NCBI GenBank assembly: GCA_965243025.1
Contig: CBDETY010000003.1
Coordinates: 1,664,001 to 1,728,000, forward strand
Source: Candidatus Latescibacterota bacterium
GTDB lineage: Bacteria > Latescibacterota > UBA2968 > UBA8231
Length of the DNA: 64,000 nucleotides
Direction of reading: 5' to 3'
Shown here: positions 21,328 through 30,903 of the stretch, piece by piece
Layout of the letters: the number at the start of each line of letters is the position of its first letter
How positions within the stretch are numbered: position 1 is the stretch's first letter
The notes under the pieces: model-generated
Databases searched by the model: none
What the model was told of the DNA's origin: nothing
The model's input: only the letters and a program-made list of their open reading frames with translations
Program-made: the position numbers and the translations under genes

Positions 21328-23103
21328 TTGTCCTTCGATCTCTTCACAATCCATTCGGTCGCCCTCGAGCTCAACGAGATGTCTGCCGGCGGCAGGATCG
21401 CTCGGGCCGGCTTCTCCCCGGGGCAGGGGAGGGATGCCGGCAAACCGTCCGCAGACAGACCGGCTCTCGCCATAGCCTGCGAACGGGACTCCTACTTGTC
21501 GTTCGAACTCGGCGCGCGGGGATTCGTCAGCCTGCAGTCGGCTGGAATGCCTGCGGTTTTCGCCGTGCACGGAGCCGGCGAGCGCTACCTCCAGGGTGCT
21601 GCTGTCGACTCGGTGCACGCCGACCGGCGGGACCGCGTCCTGCGGATCCGGCTTTCCCGCGACAATCAGCGGGGGGAAAAGACCTACGGCCAGCTGCTCA
21701 TCGAACTGATCCCCCCGCGCGTCCAGGCGGTCCTGGTCGCGGAGCGGTCGCAGTCGATCAAGGGAATCTGGCCAAGCCCTGACGGAACGGGTCAGGGACG
21801 CCGGCTGCGGCAGGGCGGGACGTACTCGCCCCCGGGGAAACCCAGGCTGCTGCCGGGAACGGACTGCATTGACCTATTCCCGGCTGCCCTCGCCGAAGAG
21901 CTGCGGAGACAGGAGGGCAACCTGCCGCTGGCCCTGCAGCGGACGATCGCCGGAGCGGATCGAGGGGTGGCTGCGGAACTGCTGTTCCGGGCAGGGTTCG
22001 CACTGCCCGGGGTGGAAACGGACCGCCCGCGGGGGACCGTCGACGACGCCCTTGTCCGGCGGCTCTGGAGCGTCGGGGCCGGGATGTTCGCCGAGAGTCC
22101 GGATGGGAAGGGCGGTTTCCTGTTCACCGAGGGTGGAAGGCTGATGGTTTCCTCCCTGTGTCCGCGGCGACCGGTCGAGGATCTTCGCCGTTTCGATTCA
22201 ATACTGTCAGCCCTTGCGGAATGGCGCGAGAACCGGGAGCGGACCGAGGAGCGAAAGGCCGGCTTCAGGCGCGCCCGTCATGCCCTTGCCAGCGAACTGC
22301 GCCAGGCGGCGCGCTCCCGGGAAGCGGTGGAGCGGGATCTCGACGAAGCGGCCGAAGCTCCTTCCCTGCTGCAACGGGGAAGCCTCCTGCTCGCCCACCT
22401 CAAGGAGGTGAAGCCCGGGACGGCTCGCGTGGAATTGCCCAATTCCTTTGCAGGGGCGGAGGCCGATCGCCTCGCCATCGAGCTCGACCTGCGTTTCTCC
22501 CCTGCGGAAAACGCGGCGCGGCTTCTCAAGCGGGCGCGCAAGCTCCAGAAGCGCCTGCAGGTGCTGCCGGAACGTCTGAGCCGGGTGCGGCGGCAGGAGC
22601 AGACCCTGCGACGGATGCTGGGCGGATTGGAGACCGGTGCAGGCGAACTTCCGGAGGATGTGAGGAAATGGATGGAACATCGCGAGCCCGAACAGAGACC
22701 GAAGAAGGGGGATGCTGCAAAAGCCCACCCGCGTCGCTACCGCACCAGCAGCGGCTGGACGGTGTGGGTCGGGCGCAACCAGCGCGAAAACGACCAGCTG
22801 ACCCACCGCATGGCTTCGCAGGAAGACCTCTGGTTTCACGCCAGCGGGTACCCGGGCTCTCACGTGGTGCTGCGCCGGGAGGGGCGCAAGGAAGAGCCCG
22901 GGGCCCGGAACATCGAAGAAGCGGCGGCTCTTGCCGCCTACTGGAGCAAGGGCCGCTCCGCTCGCAAGGTGCCGGTCGTGTATACCCGGGTGAAGCATGT
23001 ATCGAAACCCCGGGGGGGCGCCCCGGGGCTCGCAGTGCTGAGGCGGGAGAAGACGGTGATAGTCGCGCCCCTGCTGCTTGCGACCGAGGACGAGGCGGGG
23101 TGA
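21328..23103 (+). CDS. rqcH: NFACT/RqcH (Rqc2 homolog) ribosome quality control protein
   Basis: N-terminal MSFD, DR motif (DRRDRVL), SPAENA, C-terminal NFACT-R VGRNQREND, DLWFHA, PGSHVVL, AAYWSK. Confidence 0.85.
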   Translation: MSFDLFTIHSVALELNEMSAGGRIARAGFSPGQGRDAGKPSADRPALAIACERDSYLSFELGARGFVSLQSAGMPAVFAVHGAGERYLQGAAVDSVHADRRDRVLRIRLSRDNQRGEKTYGQLLIELIPPRVQAVLVAERSQSIKGIWPSPDGTGQGRRLRQGGTYSPPGKPRLLPGTDCIDLFPAALAEELRRQEGNLPLALQRTIAGADRGVAAELLFRAGFALPGVETDRPRGTVDDALVRRLWSVGAGMFAESPDGKGGFLFTEGGRLMVSSLCPRRPVEDLRRFDSILSALAEWRENRERTEERKAGFRRARHALASELRQAARSREAVERDLDEAAEAPSLLQRGSLLLAHLKEVKPGTARVELPNSFAGAEADRLAIELDLRFSPAENAARLLKRARKLQKRLQVLPERLSRVRRQEQTLRRMLGGLETGAGELPEDVRKWMEHREPEQRPKKGDAAKAHPRRYRTSSGWTVWVGRNQRENDQLTHRMASQEDLWFHASGYPGSHVVLRREGRKEEPGARNIEEAAALAAYWSKGRSARKVPVVYTRVKHVSKPRGGAPGLAVLRREKTVIVAPLLLATEDEAG

Positions 23104-24197
23104 ACCTCACCACCGGCATCGTCGGCCTGCCGAACGCCGGCAAGACGACCCTGTTCAACGCTTTGACTTCGGCATCGGCCGAGGCTTCGAGCTACCCCTT
23201 CTGCACCATCGACCCCAACGTCGGCGTGGTCGAAGTGCCGGACGGACGGCTCCGGATCCTCGATGAGCTGTTGAACCCTGCCAGTTGCACCCCGGCGAGC
23301 ATCAGGTTCACCGACATCGCCGGCCTGGTGCGGGGCGCCAGCAAGGGTGAGGGAAGGGGAAACCAGTTCCTCGCCGACGTACGCGACACCGACGCCCTGA
23401 TTCACGTGGTCCGCTGTTTCGAGGATCCCACGGTTTCCCACGTCGAGGAAGTCCTGAACCCGGTGCGGGATGTCGACACCATCGAGAGCGAGCTCATGCT
23501 CGCCGATCTCCAGTCGGTCGAGGAAGCCATGCCTCATCTCGAAAGGGTGGTTGCCACCGACCCGCGCAGCCCGCGCCGGTCCGAGCTCGAGGCCCTCCGG
23601 AAGATCGGTTCGGGCCTGCTCGAGGGTGTTTCCGTCCACGCCAACGGCGAGGTCACGCCCGGCGACCTGCAGGCAGTGCGCAGCTACAACCTGCTCTCGG
23701 CCAAGCCGGTGCTCTATGTCGCCAACATCGGGGAAACCCCGGATCAGGAGGACCCCGGGCTCGATCAGCTCCGGGGCAGGGTGGGGGAGGACCGGGTGCT
23801 GCCTGTCTGCGCCCAGCTGGAAGCGGAGGTGGCGCAGTTGGAGGAAGGGGAAGAGAAGGGGGAACTCCTGGCCGAGCTGGGACTGGAGTCCAGTGGGATC
23901 GACCGCCTGGTGAGGGCCGCCTACCGGCTGTTGCGTCTGATCGCCTTTTACACGGTCGCCAACGAGAAGTTGCAGGCATGGCCGCTCCCCTCCGGAAGCA
24001 CGGCCTCGGCGGCGGCCGGCAGAATCCACAGCGACATGGAGGAGGGCTTCATCCGCGCCGAGGTCACAACAGTCGAGGACCTGGCCGCTGCCGGAGGGGA
24101 GCTGCAGCGGCTCCGGCAGCAGGGGAAGCTGCGTACCGAAGGCCGGGATTACGTTGTCCGCGACGGGGACGTCGTGCAGTTCCTGTTCCGGGGCTGA
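23100..24197 (+). CDS. ychF: ribosome-binding ATPase YchF
   Basis: GIVGLPNAGKTT, YPFCTIDPN, DIAGLV.GASKGEG.GNQFL, IHSD..GFIRAEV, EGRDY.V.DGD; GTG 23100. Confidence 0.95.
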   Translation: MNLTTGIVGLPNAGKTTLFNALTSASAEASSYPFCTIDPNVGVVEVPDGRLRILDELLNPASCTPASIRFTDIAGLVRGASKGEGRGNQFLADVRDTDALIHVVRCFEDPTVSHVEEVLNPVRDVDTIESELMLADLQSVEEAMPHLERVVATDPRSPRRSELEALRKIGSGLLEGVSVHANGEVTPGDLQAVRSYNLLSAKPVLYVANIGETPDQEDPGLDQLRGRVGEDRVLPVCAQLEAEVAQLEEGEEKGELLAELGLESSGIDRLVRAAYRLLRLIAFYTVANEKLQAWPLPSGSTASAAAGRIHSDMEEGFIRAEVTTVEDLAAAGGELQRLRQQGKLRTEGRDYVVRDGDVVQFLFRG

Positions 24198-24313
24198 TGG
24201 CCGGGTTCTTCCGACCGCGGCTTCAGCACACAGCTACCCGTGGTTTTAAGCCGAAGAGGCCGCCTCCAGCTGAATCGCAGCCACCCGGAAACCGGGGCGA
24301 ATCCCGCTTCCGC

Positions 24314-24342
24314 TTGACGTCCCTGCCGCGCCCGGCTAGCTT
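24314..24342 (+). promoter_or_regulatory. putative sigma70 promoter
   Basis: TTGACG (24314-24319) - 17 bp - TAGCTT (24337-24342). Confidence 0.55.
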
Positions 24343-24396
24343 CACTTTCTTTCCTGATGCTGCAAGCCATTCCCCAACAGTAAATTAAGCTCACCC

Positions 24397-25413
24397 ATGC
24401 GCGGATCCATCGCAGTCCTTGCCGCCCTGGTTAAGGCTGGGGTTTCCCTGTGCCTGTTGACCCTGCTTTTGTGGCTGGTAGCGAGCCCGGAAGAGCTTTC
24501 TGACAATCTGCTCGCAGCGGATCCCCTGTATCTGCTCCTTGCCCTCGCAGGAAGCCTCGCCGGGGTGGCGATCCAGTGGCGTAAATGGCATGAGCTTCTC
24601 CTGTCGATCCGGCCCGCGACCCGGGCTGGTGAAAGCCTGCGCTCCCTGCTCGTGGGCTTCTCCCTGGGAATGGTATCGCCGGGAAGGGTGGGGGAGCTGG
24701 GCCGGGGGGCCTTGTTCGAGGGGAGCAGGGTCGAGGCCATGACCATGGCCGGTCTCGACCGGGCCCTTTCCGCGGGGATCACCATCTCCGCAGCGGTAAT
24801 CGGGCTGGCCTTCATCGACTTGACCTTGGCCCTGGCCGGTGGAGTTGCCATGGCCGCGGCCGGAGGGCTCCTTTTCCGCCATGGTGGAGCGTTGCCGGCC
24901 GGTCTGCAGAAACGGGGTTTGGCAAAGCCCTGGAATGCAGCTGCCGCCAGGCTGTCGAAGGCACTCCGCTCCATCTCCAGGGCCCTGTTGCTGCGGGTTC
25001 TGCTCTGGTCGTTCCTGTTCAACCTGGTTTTCTTCGCCCAGTTCTACCTCCTGGCCCTGAGCTGGACCGAACTGCCCCCAAGGGGAATCGCCGCCATTCC
25101 GGTTGTATTCGGCTTGAAAACCCTCGCCCCGGTCGGACTTCTCGATCTCGGGCCCCGCGAAGCAGCCTCGGCTTTTGTCTTCTCCGGAATCGGCCTCGAT
25201 CCGGTTCCGGCCGTCAACGCCGCCCTCCTGCTGTGGCTGCTCAACCTCGCCCTGCCCGCGATCGCAGGCGGAGTCTGGGTATCGGTAGAGGCGGCCAGGA
25301 AGCTGTTCGAACGGCCCCGGGCCGACTCCGTCCCTCCTGCCGGCGAGTTTTCGCCTGTTTGCGGTCGAAGCGCCCGGTTTGCCGGCAAACTCGAGGGGAC
25401 CGCGGGCGGATGA
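24397..25413 (+). CDS. lysylphosphatidylglycerol synthase TM-domain (UPF0104, flippase-like) membrane protein
   Basis: Multiple TMs, KWHELL, PGRVGELGR, LGPREAA. Confidence 0.8.
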   Translation: MRGSIAVLAALVKAGVSLCLLTLLLWLVASPEELSDNLLAADPLYLLLALAGSLAGVAIQWRKWHELLLSIRPATRAGESLRSLLVGFSLGMVSPGRVGELGRGALFEGSRVEAMTMAGLDRALSAGITISAAVIGLAFIDLTLALAGGVAMAAAGGLLFRHGGALPAGLQKRGLAKPWNAAAARLSKALRSISRALLLRVLLWSFLFNLVFFAQFYLLALSWTELPPRGIAAIPVVFGLKTLAPVGLLDLGPREAASAFVFSGIGLDPVPAVNAALLLWLLNLALPAIAGGVWVSVEAARKLFERPRADSVPPAGEFSPVCGRSARFAGKLEGTAGG

Positions 25414-26078
25414 CGGAAACCCGGCTGCGCCAGGAAATCTGCGAGGTGGGGAGGCGGATCTACAATCTCGGCTTCGTGGCCGGGAACGACGGCAACATCT
25501 CCGCACGGCTCGAGGAGGATCGACTGCTGTGCACGCCGACCGGGGTCAGCAAGGGGTTCCTCGCTCCGGACATGCTCGTCGTCTGCGATCTCGACGGCAA
25601 CCGGATCGACGGGGACCGGGAAGTCACCACGGAGATCCTCATGCACACCGAGTCGTACAGGTTGAGGCCGGAAACCGGCGGAATCGTGCACGCCCATCCC
25701 CCTACCGCCACGGGGTTCGCCGTGGCCGGCATCGATTTGAAGGAATGCATCCTGCCTGAAGTGGTCGTCCACCTCGGGGGAATCCCCCTTGCTCCCTACG
25801 GAACCCCGGGGGGGCCGGAGATAGTCGAGCCGATGGTGCCGCTGCTGCGCCAGAACTACGACGCCGTGCTGCTGGCCAATCACGGGGCAGTGACCCTGGG
25901 AGCCGATGCAATGGATGCGCACTTCAAGATGGAGACCGTCGAGTTGTGCGCCCGCATCGCCCTCGTTGCCCGCCAACTGGGACGCACCAACACCCTCGAC
26001 GACGACCAGGTTCAGGCTCTGGGCGACCGCTACGGGTCCGGGGACAAACCGCGGGGAGAATTGCCGGCGGATTCCTGA
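25410..26078 (+). CDS. class II aldolase/adducin family protein (FucA-like)
   Basis: GNISAR, TPTG.SKG, E..MH, HAHP, LLANHGA zinc ligands; ATG 25410. Confidence 0.9.
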   Translation: MTETRLRQEICEVGRRIYNLGFVAGNDGNISARLEEDRLLCTPTGVSKGFLAPDMLVVCDLDGNRIDGDREVTTEILMHTESYRLRPETGGIVHAHPPTATGFAVAGIDLKECILPEVVVHLGGIPLAPYGTPGGPEIVEPMVPLLRQNYDAVLLANHGAVTLGADAMDAHFKMETVELCARIALVARQLGRTNTLDDDQVQALGDRYGSGDKPRGELPADS

Positions 26079-26082
26079 AGCC

Positions 26083-27165
26083 ATGTCCATTCCCATTCTG
26101 AAAGCGACGATGTCGAGGCTCGCGAACCTCCTTGCGCTTGCGGCCGTCCTGTTCAACATCGGCCCTGTACCCGGGTCTGGAGCTCAGACTGCTGCGGCAC
26201 CTGACACCCAGGCAACCGAACTGCCGCCGATGGTACGGCTGGTTCAGGAAGCGGAGTTACTCGCCGGACGGGGTCAGCTCAAGCCCGCCATCGACCGCTA
26301 CGAAGAGGCGTTGAAACTGGGGGCGGGAAGCGCCGAAGTGCTCAACCGGCTCGGAACGCTCTACCTGGCCGATGGAAAAGTTGCCGAGTCGGTCGCCGCC
26401 TTCAAGCGCTCCATGGCGGAAAGACCGGGCCAACTCCAGGTCTATTCGGCCCTCGGGGAGGCGTTCCTCGCCGCCGGACAGCTCGATTCCGCCATAGCCG
26501 TCATCGAGGCGGCCCGCCGCCTGGCTCCCCAGGTGTCGGTCATTCAGAGTTCTCTAGGTTTTCTCTACATGCAGGCCGGCAACCGGTCCAGGGCCAAGAC
26601 CCACCTCGACTCCGCCCTGCTTCTCGACGAACGCAATCCCGAAGCTCACCGCTACCTCGGGTTCCACTACACCCGCGTAGATTCCCTGGAAAGGGCCATC
26701 CCCCATTACGAAACCGTAACGGAGCTGCTGCCGCGGGACGTCGAGGCCTACAACAACCTCGGCTTCCTGCACTCGCAACAGGGGCGCTACTCCCAGGCCC
26801 TCTCCTACTACAAGCGCGCCAAGGAGTTGTCGCCGGATCCGGACGTGATGCATGCGATAAACCTCAACATGGAGGCTCTGCGCGCGATCATGGCGGGGAA
26901 GCTGCGGGCGCGCATGATCCTGGTCGATTCCGAGGAGCAAGGCCGCGACCTCCTCAGGCGGGTCGAGGCAGGGGAGGACTTCGCCCAGCTCGCCATCAAG
27001 TTCTCGAAGGCCCCGAACGCGCGCGACGGCGGGGATCTCGGGTTCTTCGGTCCCGGGGATATGCTGGAGGCAGTAGAGGAGGCGGTGCTGAAATTGCAGG
27101 TCAGTGAGGTGAGCGGGATAATCCGCATTCCCCAGGGGGTGATGCTCCTGCAGCGGCTGAACTGA
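26083..27165 (+). CDS. exported TPR-repeat protein with C-terminal parvulin (PpiC) PPIase domain
   Basis: Signal peptide, multiple TPRs (AYNNLG), GEDFAQLAIKFS, GGDLGFF. Confidence 0.85.
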   Translation: MSIPILKATMSRLANLLALAAVLFNIGPVPGSGAQTAAAPDTQATELPPMVRLVQEAELLAGRGQLKPAIDRYEEALKLGAGSAEVLNRLGTLYLADGKVAESVAAFKRSMAERPGQLQVYSALGEAFLAAGQLDSAIAVIEAARRLAPQVSVIQSSLGFLYMQAGNRSRAKTHLDSALLLDERNPEAHRYLGFHYTRVDSLERAIPHYETVTELLPRDVEAYNNLGFLHSQQGRYSQALSYYKRAKELSPDPDVMHAINLNMEALRAIMAGKLRARMILVDSEEQGRDLLRRVEAGEDFAQLAIKFSKAPNARDGGDLGFFGPGDMLEAVEEAVLKLQVSEVSGIIRIPQGVMLLQRLN

Positions 27166-27169
27166 AGAA

Positions 27170-27199
27170 CGGCCGGAAGCAGTAAACTGCTTCCGGCCG
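27170..27199. terminator. perfect 13-bp hairpin, probable terminator
   Basis: CGGCCGGAAGCAG-TAAA-CTGCTTCCGGCCG just after the stop at 27165. Confidence 0.55.
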
Positions 27200-27553
27200 C
27201 AAGGGAGGGTGCGGGCCCAGACCGGGAGGGCCCGCACTGTGTATGACGCTCCCCGGGCGGGGGAGTTCCGCTTTTTGTTCCCGAACAGCAAAAAAACCCG
27301 GCCTTCCTTTCCTCTTTGAGGGACACAAAAAATGATGGGAGTATTTCTTGTTGTTCTCCAAATAGATGCAATCAATATTTGATATGACTCCCTAGATCAG
27401 CGTCACAGACAGTGCAGACTTGAGACCATCCGCGTCAGCAGGGCCGGTCAGAGCCGGACATCGGGACCAGGGACAGAACCGGCCGCAAGGACCGTTTGGA
27501 CGCCTCGCGGTCCTGAAAGCCCACGACCGCCGGCGAGCCGTGCGGGCATTCGC

Positions 27554-28123
27554 TTGCGGGTTCCAGCTTATTTGAAACGCTCCTTCTCGATCCGGGTCCA
27601 GGCGGAGCTCGCCTTCGCCATTGCCCTTGCCGCCGTACTGAGCCTCTTCAAGCTCAAGCTGCCCCACCTCCTCTACGGAGGCTCGGTGAGCCTGGATTCG
27701 GTTCCCTTGTTCGTCGCCGCCTTCCGGCACGGTCCGGCTGCCGGAGGGATGGCCGGCCTCGCATACGGAATTGTCCACTTCGCCATGTCTCCCTATTTCG
27801 TGCATCCGGTCCAGTTGGCCCTTGATTATCCCCTGGCCTACGCGACTGTGGGGATCGCCGCCCTCGGGGCCTCACGGCGCGTCGCGGAAACGGGTCTTGC
27901 CTGGCCTCGCCTGGCCTCGGCCATCGCGGCGGCGGAGGCGGTCCGGCTTGGCCTCCATTTTCTATCGGGAATCGTCTACTTCGGCCACCTGGCGCCGGAG
28001 GGCATGGAAGTCTGGCGGTATTCCCTCGGGTACAACGCCAGCTATCTCATCCCCGAGGTCGTTCTCTATATCCTGCTCGTGCCCATGGTGTTGCGACGAC
28101 TGCCTCCCCCGACAGGGGGATGA
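27554..28123 (+). CDS. thiT: ECF S-component, thiamine transporter ThiT-like (start uncertain)
   Basis: GGSVSL, FRHG...G...G, HPVQLALDYPLA, HFLSGIVYF, APEG, YSLGYNASY. Confidence 0.82.
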   Translation: MRVPAYLKRSFSIRVQAELAFAIALAAVLSLFKLKLPHLLYGGSVSLDSVPLFVAAFRHGPAAGGMAGLAYGIVHFAMSPYFVHPVQLALDYPLAYATVGIAALGASRRVAETGLAWPRLASAIAAAEAVRLGLHFLSGIVYFGHLAPEGMEVWRYSLGYNASYLIPEVVLYILLVPMVLRRLPPPTGG

Positions 28124-28162
28124 CCGGCACCTCGGCAAACTCACTTCCTCTGGAGGAATTCC

Positions 28163-29350
28163 GTGAACCTGGAACAAAACCTGCCGGCAAGACTGGATCC
28201 CTCGCAGCGCCTGCTCATGGGTCCGGGCCCCAGCAATGTCCATCCACGCGTGTACGCCGCCCTGGCAGCGCCCGTGGTCGGGCATCTCGACCCACAGTTT
28301 CTCGAGGTCATGGAGGACTCGAAAGACCTTCTGAGACAGGTGTTTCAGACGCAGAACCGGCTGACCATCTCGGTTTCGGGCACCGGCAGCGCGGGCATGG
28401 AGACCTGCTTCACGAACCTCGTCGAGCCCGGGGACCGGGTCGTCGTGTGCGCCTGCGGAGTTTTCGGCCTGCGCATGCAGGACGTCGCCGAGCGCTGCGG
28501 GGCGGAAGTCCACACGGTTGCCGCCGAATGGGGCCGGCCGGTCGACCCGGATGAGGTCGCCGGAACCCTCGCAGCGATTGCAGGCGATGTAAAGCTGCTG
28601 GCCATGGTGCACGCCGAGACATCGACAGGAGTCCTGCAACCACTGGAGGAGATAGCCGCCCTCGCCCGCGGCCGCGGAGCCCTGCTCGTCGTCGACGCCG
28701 TGACCTCGCTGGCGGGAATCGACGTCGATGTGAACGCCCTGGGTATCGATGCCTGCTACAGCGGCACCCAGAAGTGCCTGAGTTGTCCCCCCGGGCTGTC
28801 ACCCGTAACCCTGAACGACCGCTGCCTCGACCTGATCCGCAACCGGCGCGAGAAGGTTCGGAGCTGGTACCTCGACCTGTCGATGATCGAGCAGTACTGG
28901 GGAAGCGACCGCGTGTATCACCACACCGCCCCGATATCGATGAACTACGCCCTCAGGGAAGCGCTCTCCCTCGTTCTCGAGGAGGGCCTGGAAGCTCGCT
29001 GGGGGCGGCATGCGGAGAATCACCAGGCCCTGGTCCGCGGGCTGACGGCAATGGGCCTCGACCTCGTCGTCGACGAGCCCTTCCGGCTTCCCACCCTGAC
29101 GACGGTGCGGATTCCGGACGGCGTCGACGACGCCGCCGCCCGCCGCCGCCTGCTGGAGGAGTTCAACATCGAGATCGGAGGGGGTCTCGGCGACTTCAAG
29201 GGCAAGGCCTGGCGCGTCGGCCTGATGGGGCACACTTCGAGCCTGGAGAATGTCCTGCTCTTTCTGGCGGCGGCCGCAGCCGTTCTGCGCGGCCAGGGAG
29301 CCTCCGCGAACGCCGGGGCGGCGCTCGAGGCAGCCCTGTCTCCTGGTTGA
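28163..29350 (+). CDS. alanine-glyoxylate / serine-pyruvate aminotransferase (class V)
   Basis: [45 protein letters not shown]. Confidence 0.92.
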   Translation: MNLEQNLPARLDPSQRLLMGPGPSNVHPRVYAALAAPVVGHLDPQFLEVMEDSKDLLRQVFQTQNRLTISVSGTGSAGMETCFTNLVEPGDRVVVCACGVFGLRMQDVAERCGAEVHTVAAEWGRPVDPDEVAGTLAAIAGDVKLLAMVHAETSTGVLQPLEEIAALARGRGALLVVDAVTSLAGIDVDVNALGIDACYSGTQKCLSCPPGLSPVTLNDRCLDLIRNRREKVRSWYLDLSMIEQYWGSDRVYHHTAPISMNYALREALSLVLEEGLEARWGRHAENHQALVRGLTAMGLDLVVDEPFRLPTLTTVRIPDGVDDAAARRRLLEEFNIEIGGGLGDFKGKAWRVGLMGHTSSLENVLLFLAAAAAVLRGQGASANAGAALEAALSPG

Positions 29351-29451
29351 GCCAGGTTTCCGGTTCGAGCCGGCCGGATACCAGCCCCGTTCCCACGCAT
29401 CGAGCTTCCAGCGAGGGGGACTGGTTCGAACCGGGAGGGAAGCTGTGATTC

Positions 29452-29480
29452 TTGCAGGTGTCATGCGCCAAAGGTAGATT
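29452..29480 (+). promoter_or_regulatory. putative sigma70 promoter for thrC-metB
   Basis: TTGCAG (29452-29457) - 17 bp - TAGATT (29475-29480). Confidence 0.45.
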
Positions 29481-29550
29481 CCTGACTTTTCCCCCAAAGG
29501 ACTGAACCGGTATCCGCGCGACCTCGAAAACCCTGCACGGCGGAAGGATC

Positions 29551-30903
29551 ATGGGTTATCAGGCCTGGTTCCAGTGCATCAAGTGCAACGAGACGTATCC
29601 GCTTACGGACATGATCTACGAATGCGGGAAATGCGGAGGCCTGCTGTCCGTCCAGCACGACATGACGGAACTGCGGAAGAGACCGGGGCCTGAATGGCGT
29701 GAGCTCTTCGACCGCCGCTACATGCGCACTGTCTTTCCATACGGCAGCTCGGTCTGGGGCAAGCAGGAGATGGTCTGTCCCGAAGTCGACGAAGGGAACG
29801 TCGTTTCGATGTACGAAGGGGGGAGCAACCTGTTCTGGGCGGAGAGGCTCGGCCGCGAGATCGGCCTGGAGGACCTCTGGGTAAAGCAGTGCGGGAACAG
29901 CCATACCGGATCGTTCAAGGACCTGGGAATGACGGTGCTGGTCTCGATGGTGCGCCAGATGCGTTCGGGGGGCACCGACATTCCGGCGCTGATCTGCGCC
30001 TCTACCGGCGACACCTCGGCCGCCCTGGCCGCCTACGGGGCGGCTGCAGGCATTCCCGTTATCACCTTCCTGCCCAAGGACATGATCTCCCTTTCGCAGC
30101 TGATTCAGCCGATCACGAACGGCGCTCTTACGCTGTCGATCCGGACCGATTTCGACGGGTGCATGCAGCTGGTCCAGGAAATCTGCAGGCGCGAGAACCT
30201 CTACCTCGCGAACTCGAAGAACTCCCTGCGCATCGAAGGTCAGAAGACCGTGGCAGTCGAGCTGACCCAGCAGTTCGACTGGAAGGTGCCGGACTGGGTC
30301 CTCATTCCGGGGGGCAACCTCGGCAACGTCAGCGCCCTGGGAAAGGGATTCCTCGAAATGAAGGAGATGGGGATCATCGACGCACTGCCGGGCATTGCCG
30401 TGGCGCAGTCGGCCCAGGCCAACCCCCTCTACCTCAGTTATCTGGACAATTTCGAGTCGTTCGTCTCGCAGCGCGCCGGCAGCACCCTTGCCAGCGCCAT
30501 CCGCATAGGCAATCCCGTCAGCTGGGAGCGCGCCGTCCGCGTTCTCAAGCAGTTCAAGGGGGTAGTGGAAGAGGCGACCGAGCAGGAGCTGTCCGAAGCC
30601 GCCGCCCGGGCGGACCGCACCGGGCTGTTCACCTGCCCCCACACCGGAGTGGCGCTGGCCGCCCTGTTCAAGCTCGTCGAGCGCGGGACTATCGCCCCGG
30701 ATGAAACCGTGGTCGTGATCTCCACTGCGCACGGCCTGAAGTTTCCCGACTTCAAGATCGACTACCATTCCGACAATCTGCGCGAGGTTTTCGGGGTCGT
30801 TCCCCTGAACGCCAACCGTCCCGTCGAGGTCGACGCCGATTACGAGCAGGTGCGCTCGACGGTGCTCAGATCGATCGAAGCGGTACCCACCCTTGCCGGC
30901 TGA
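29551..30903 (+). CDS. thrC: threonine synthase (plant-like subfamily)
   Basis: SHTGSFKDLGMTVLVS, CASTGDTSAAL, NSLRIEGQKT, PDW..PGGNLGN, CPHTGVA. Confidence 0.95.
   Translation: MGYQAWFQCIKCNETYPLTDMIYECGKCGGLLSVQHDMTELRKRPGPEWRELFDRRYMRTVFPYGSSVWGKQEMVCPEVDEGNVVSMYEGGSNLFWAERLGREIGLEDLWVKQCGNSHTGSFKDLGMTVLVSMVRQMRSGGTDIPALICASTGDTSAALAAYGAAAGIPVITFLPKDMISLSQLIQPITNGALTLSIRTDFDGCMQLVQEICRRENLYLANSKNSLRIEGQKTVAVELTQQFDWKVPDWVLIPGGNLGNVSALGKGFLEMKEMGIIDALPGIAVAQSAQANPLYLSYLDNFESFVSQRAGSTLASAIRIGNPVSWERAVRVLKQFKGVVEEATEQELSEAAARADRTGLFTCPHTGVALAALFKLVERGTIAPDETVVVISTAHGLKFPDFKIDYHSDNLREVFGVVPLNANRPVEVDADYEQVRSTVLRSIEAVPTLAG

Noticed and set aside
22158-24197. Apparent 679-aa N-terminally extended YchF
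   Set aside because: The extension is an alternate frame of rqcH; the real start is GTG 23100
27390-27553. TPP riboswitch expected upstream of thiT
   Set aside because: Only TTGAGA is present; the CTGAGA/AACCTGA/AGGGA core cannot be assembled
29403-29444. SAM-I riboswitch-like GAGGGGGACTGG within an AGCTTCC...GGAAGCT hairpin before thrC-metB
   Set aside because: Lacks the ATC/GAT P1, GCAACC and GGTGC elements, and lies upstream of the likely promoter (29452-29480)
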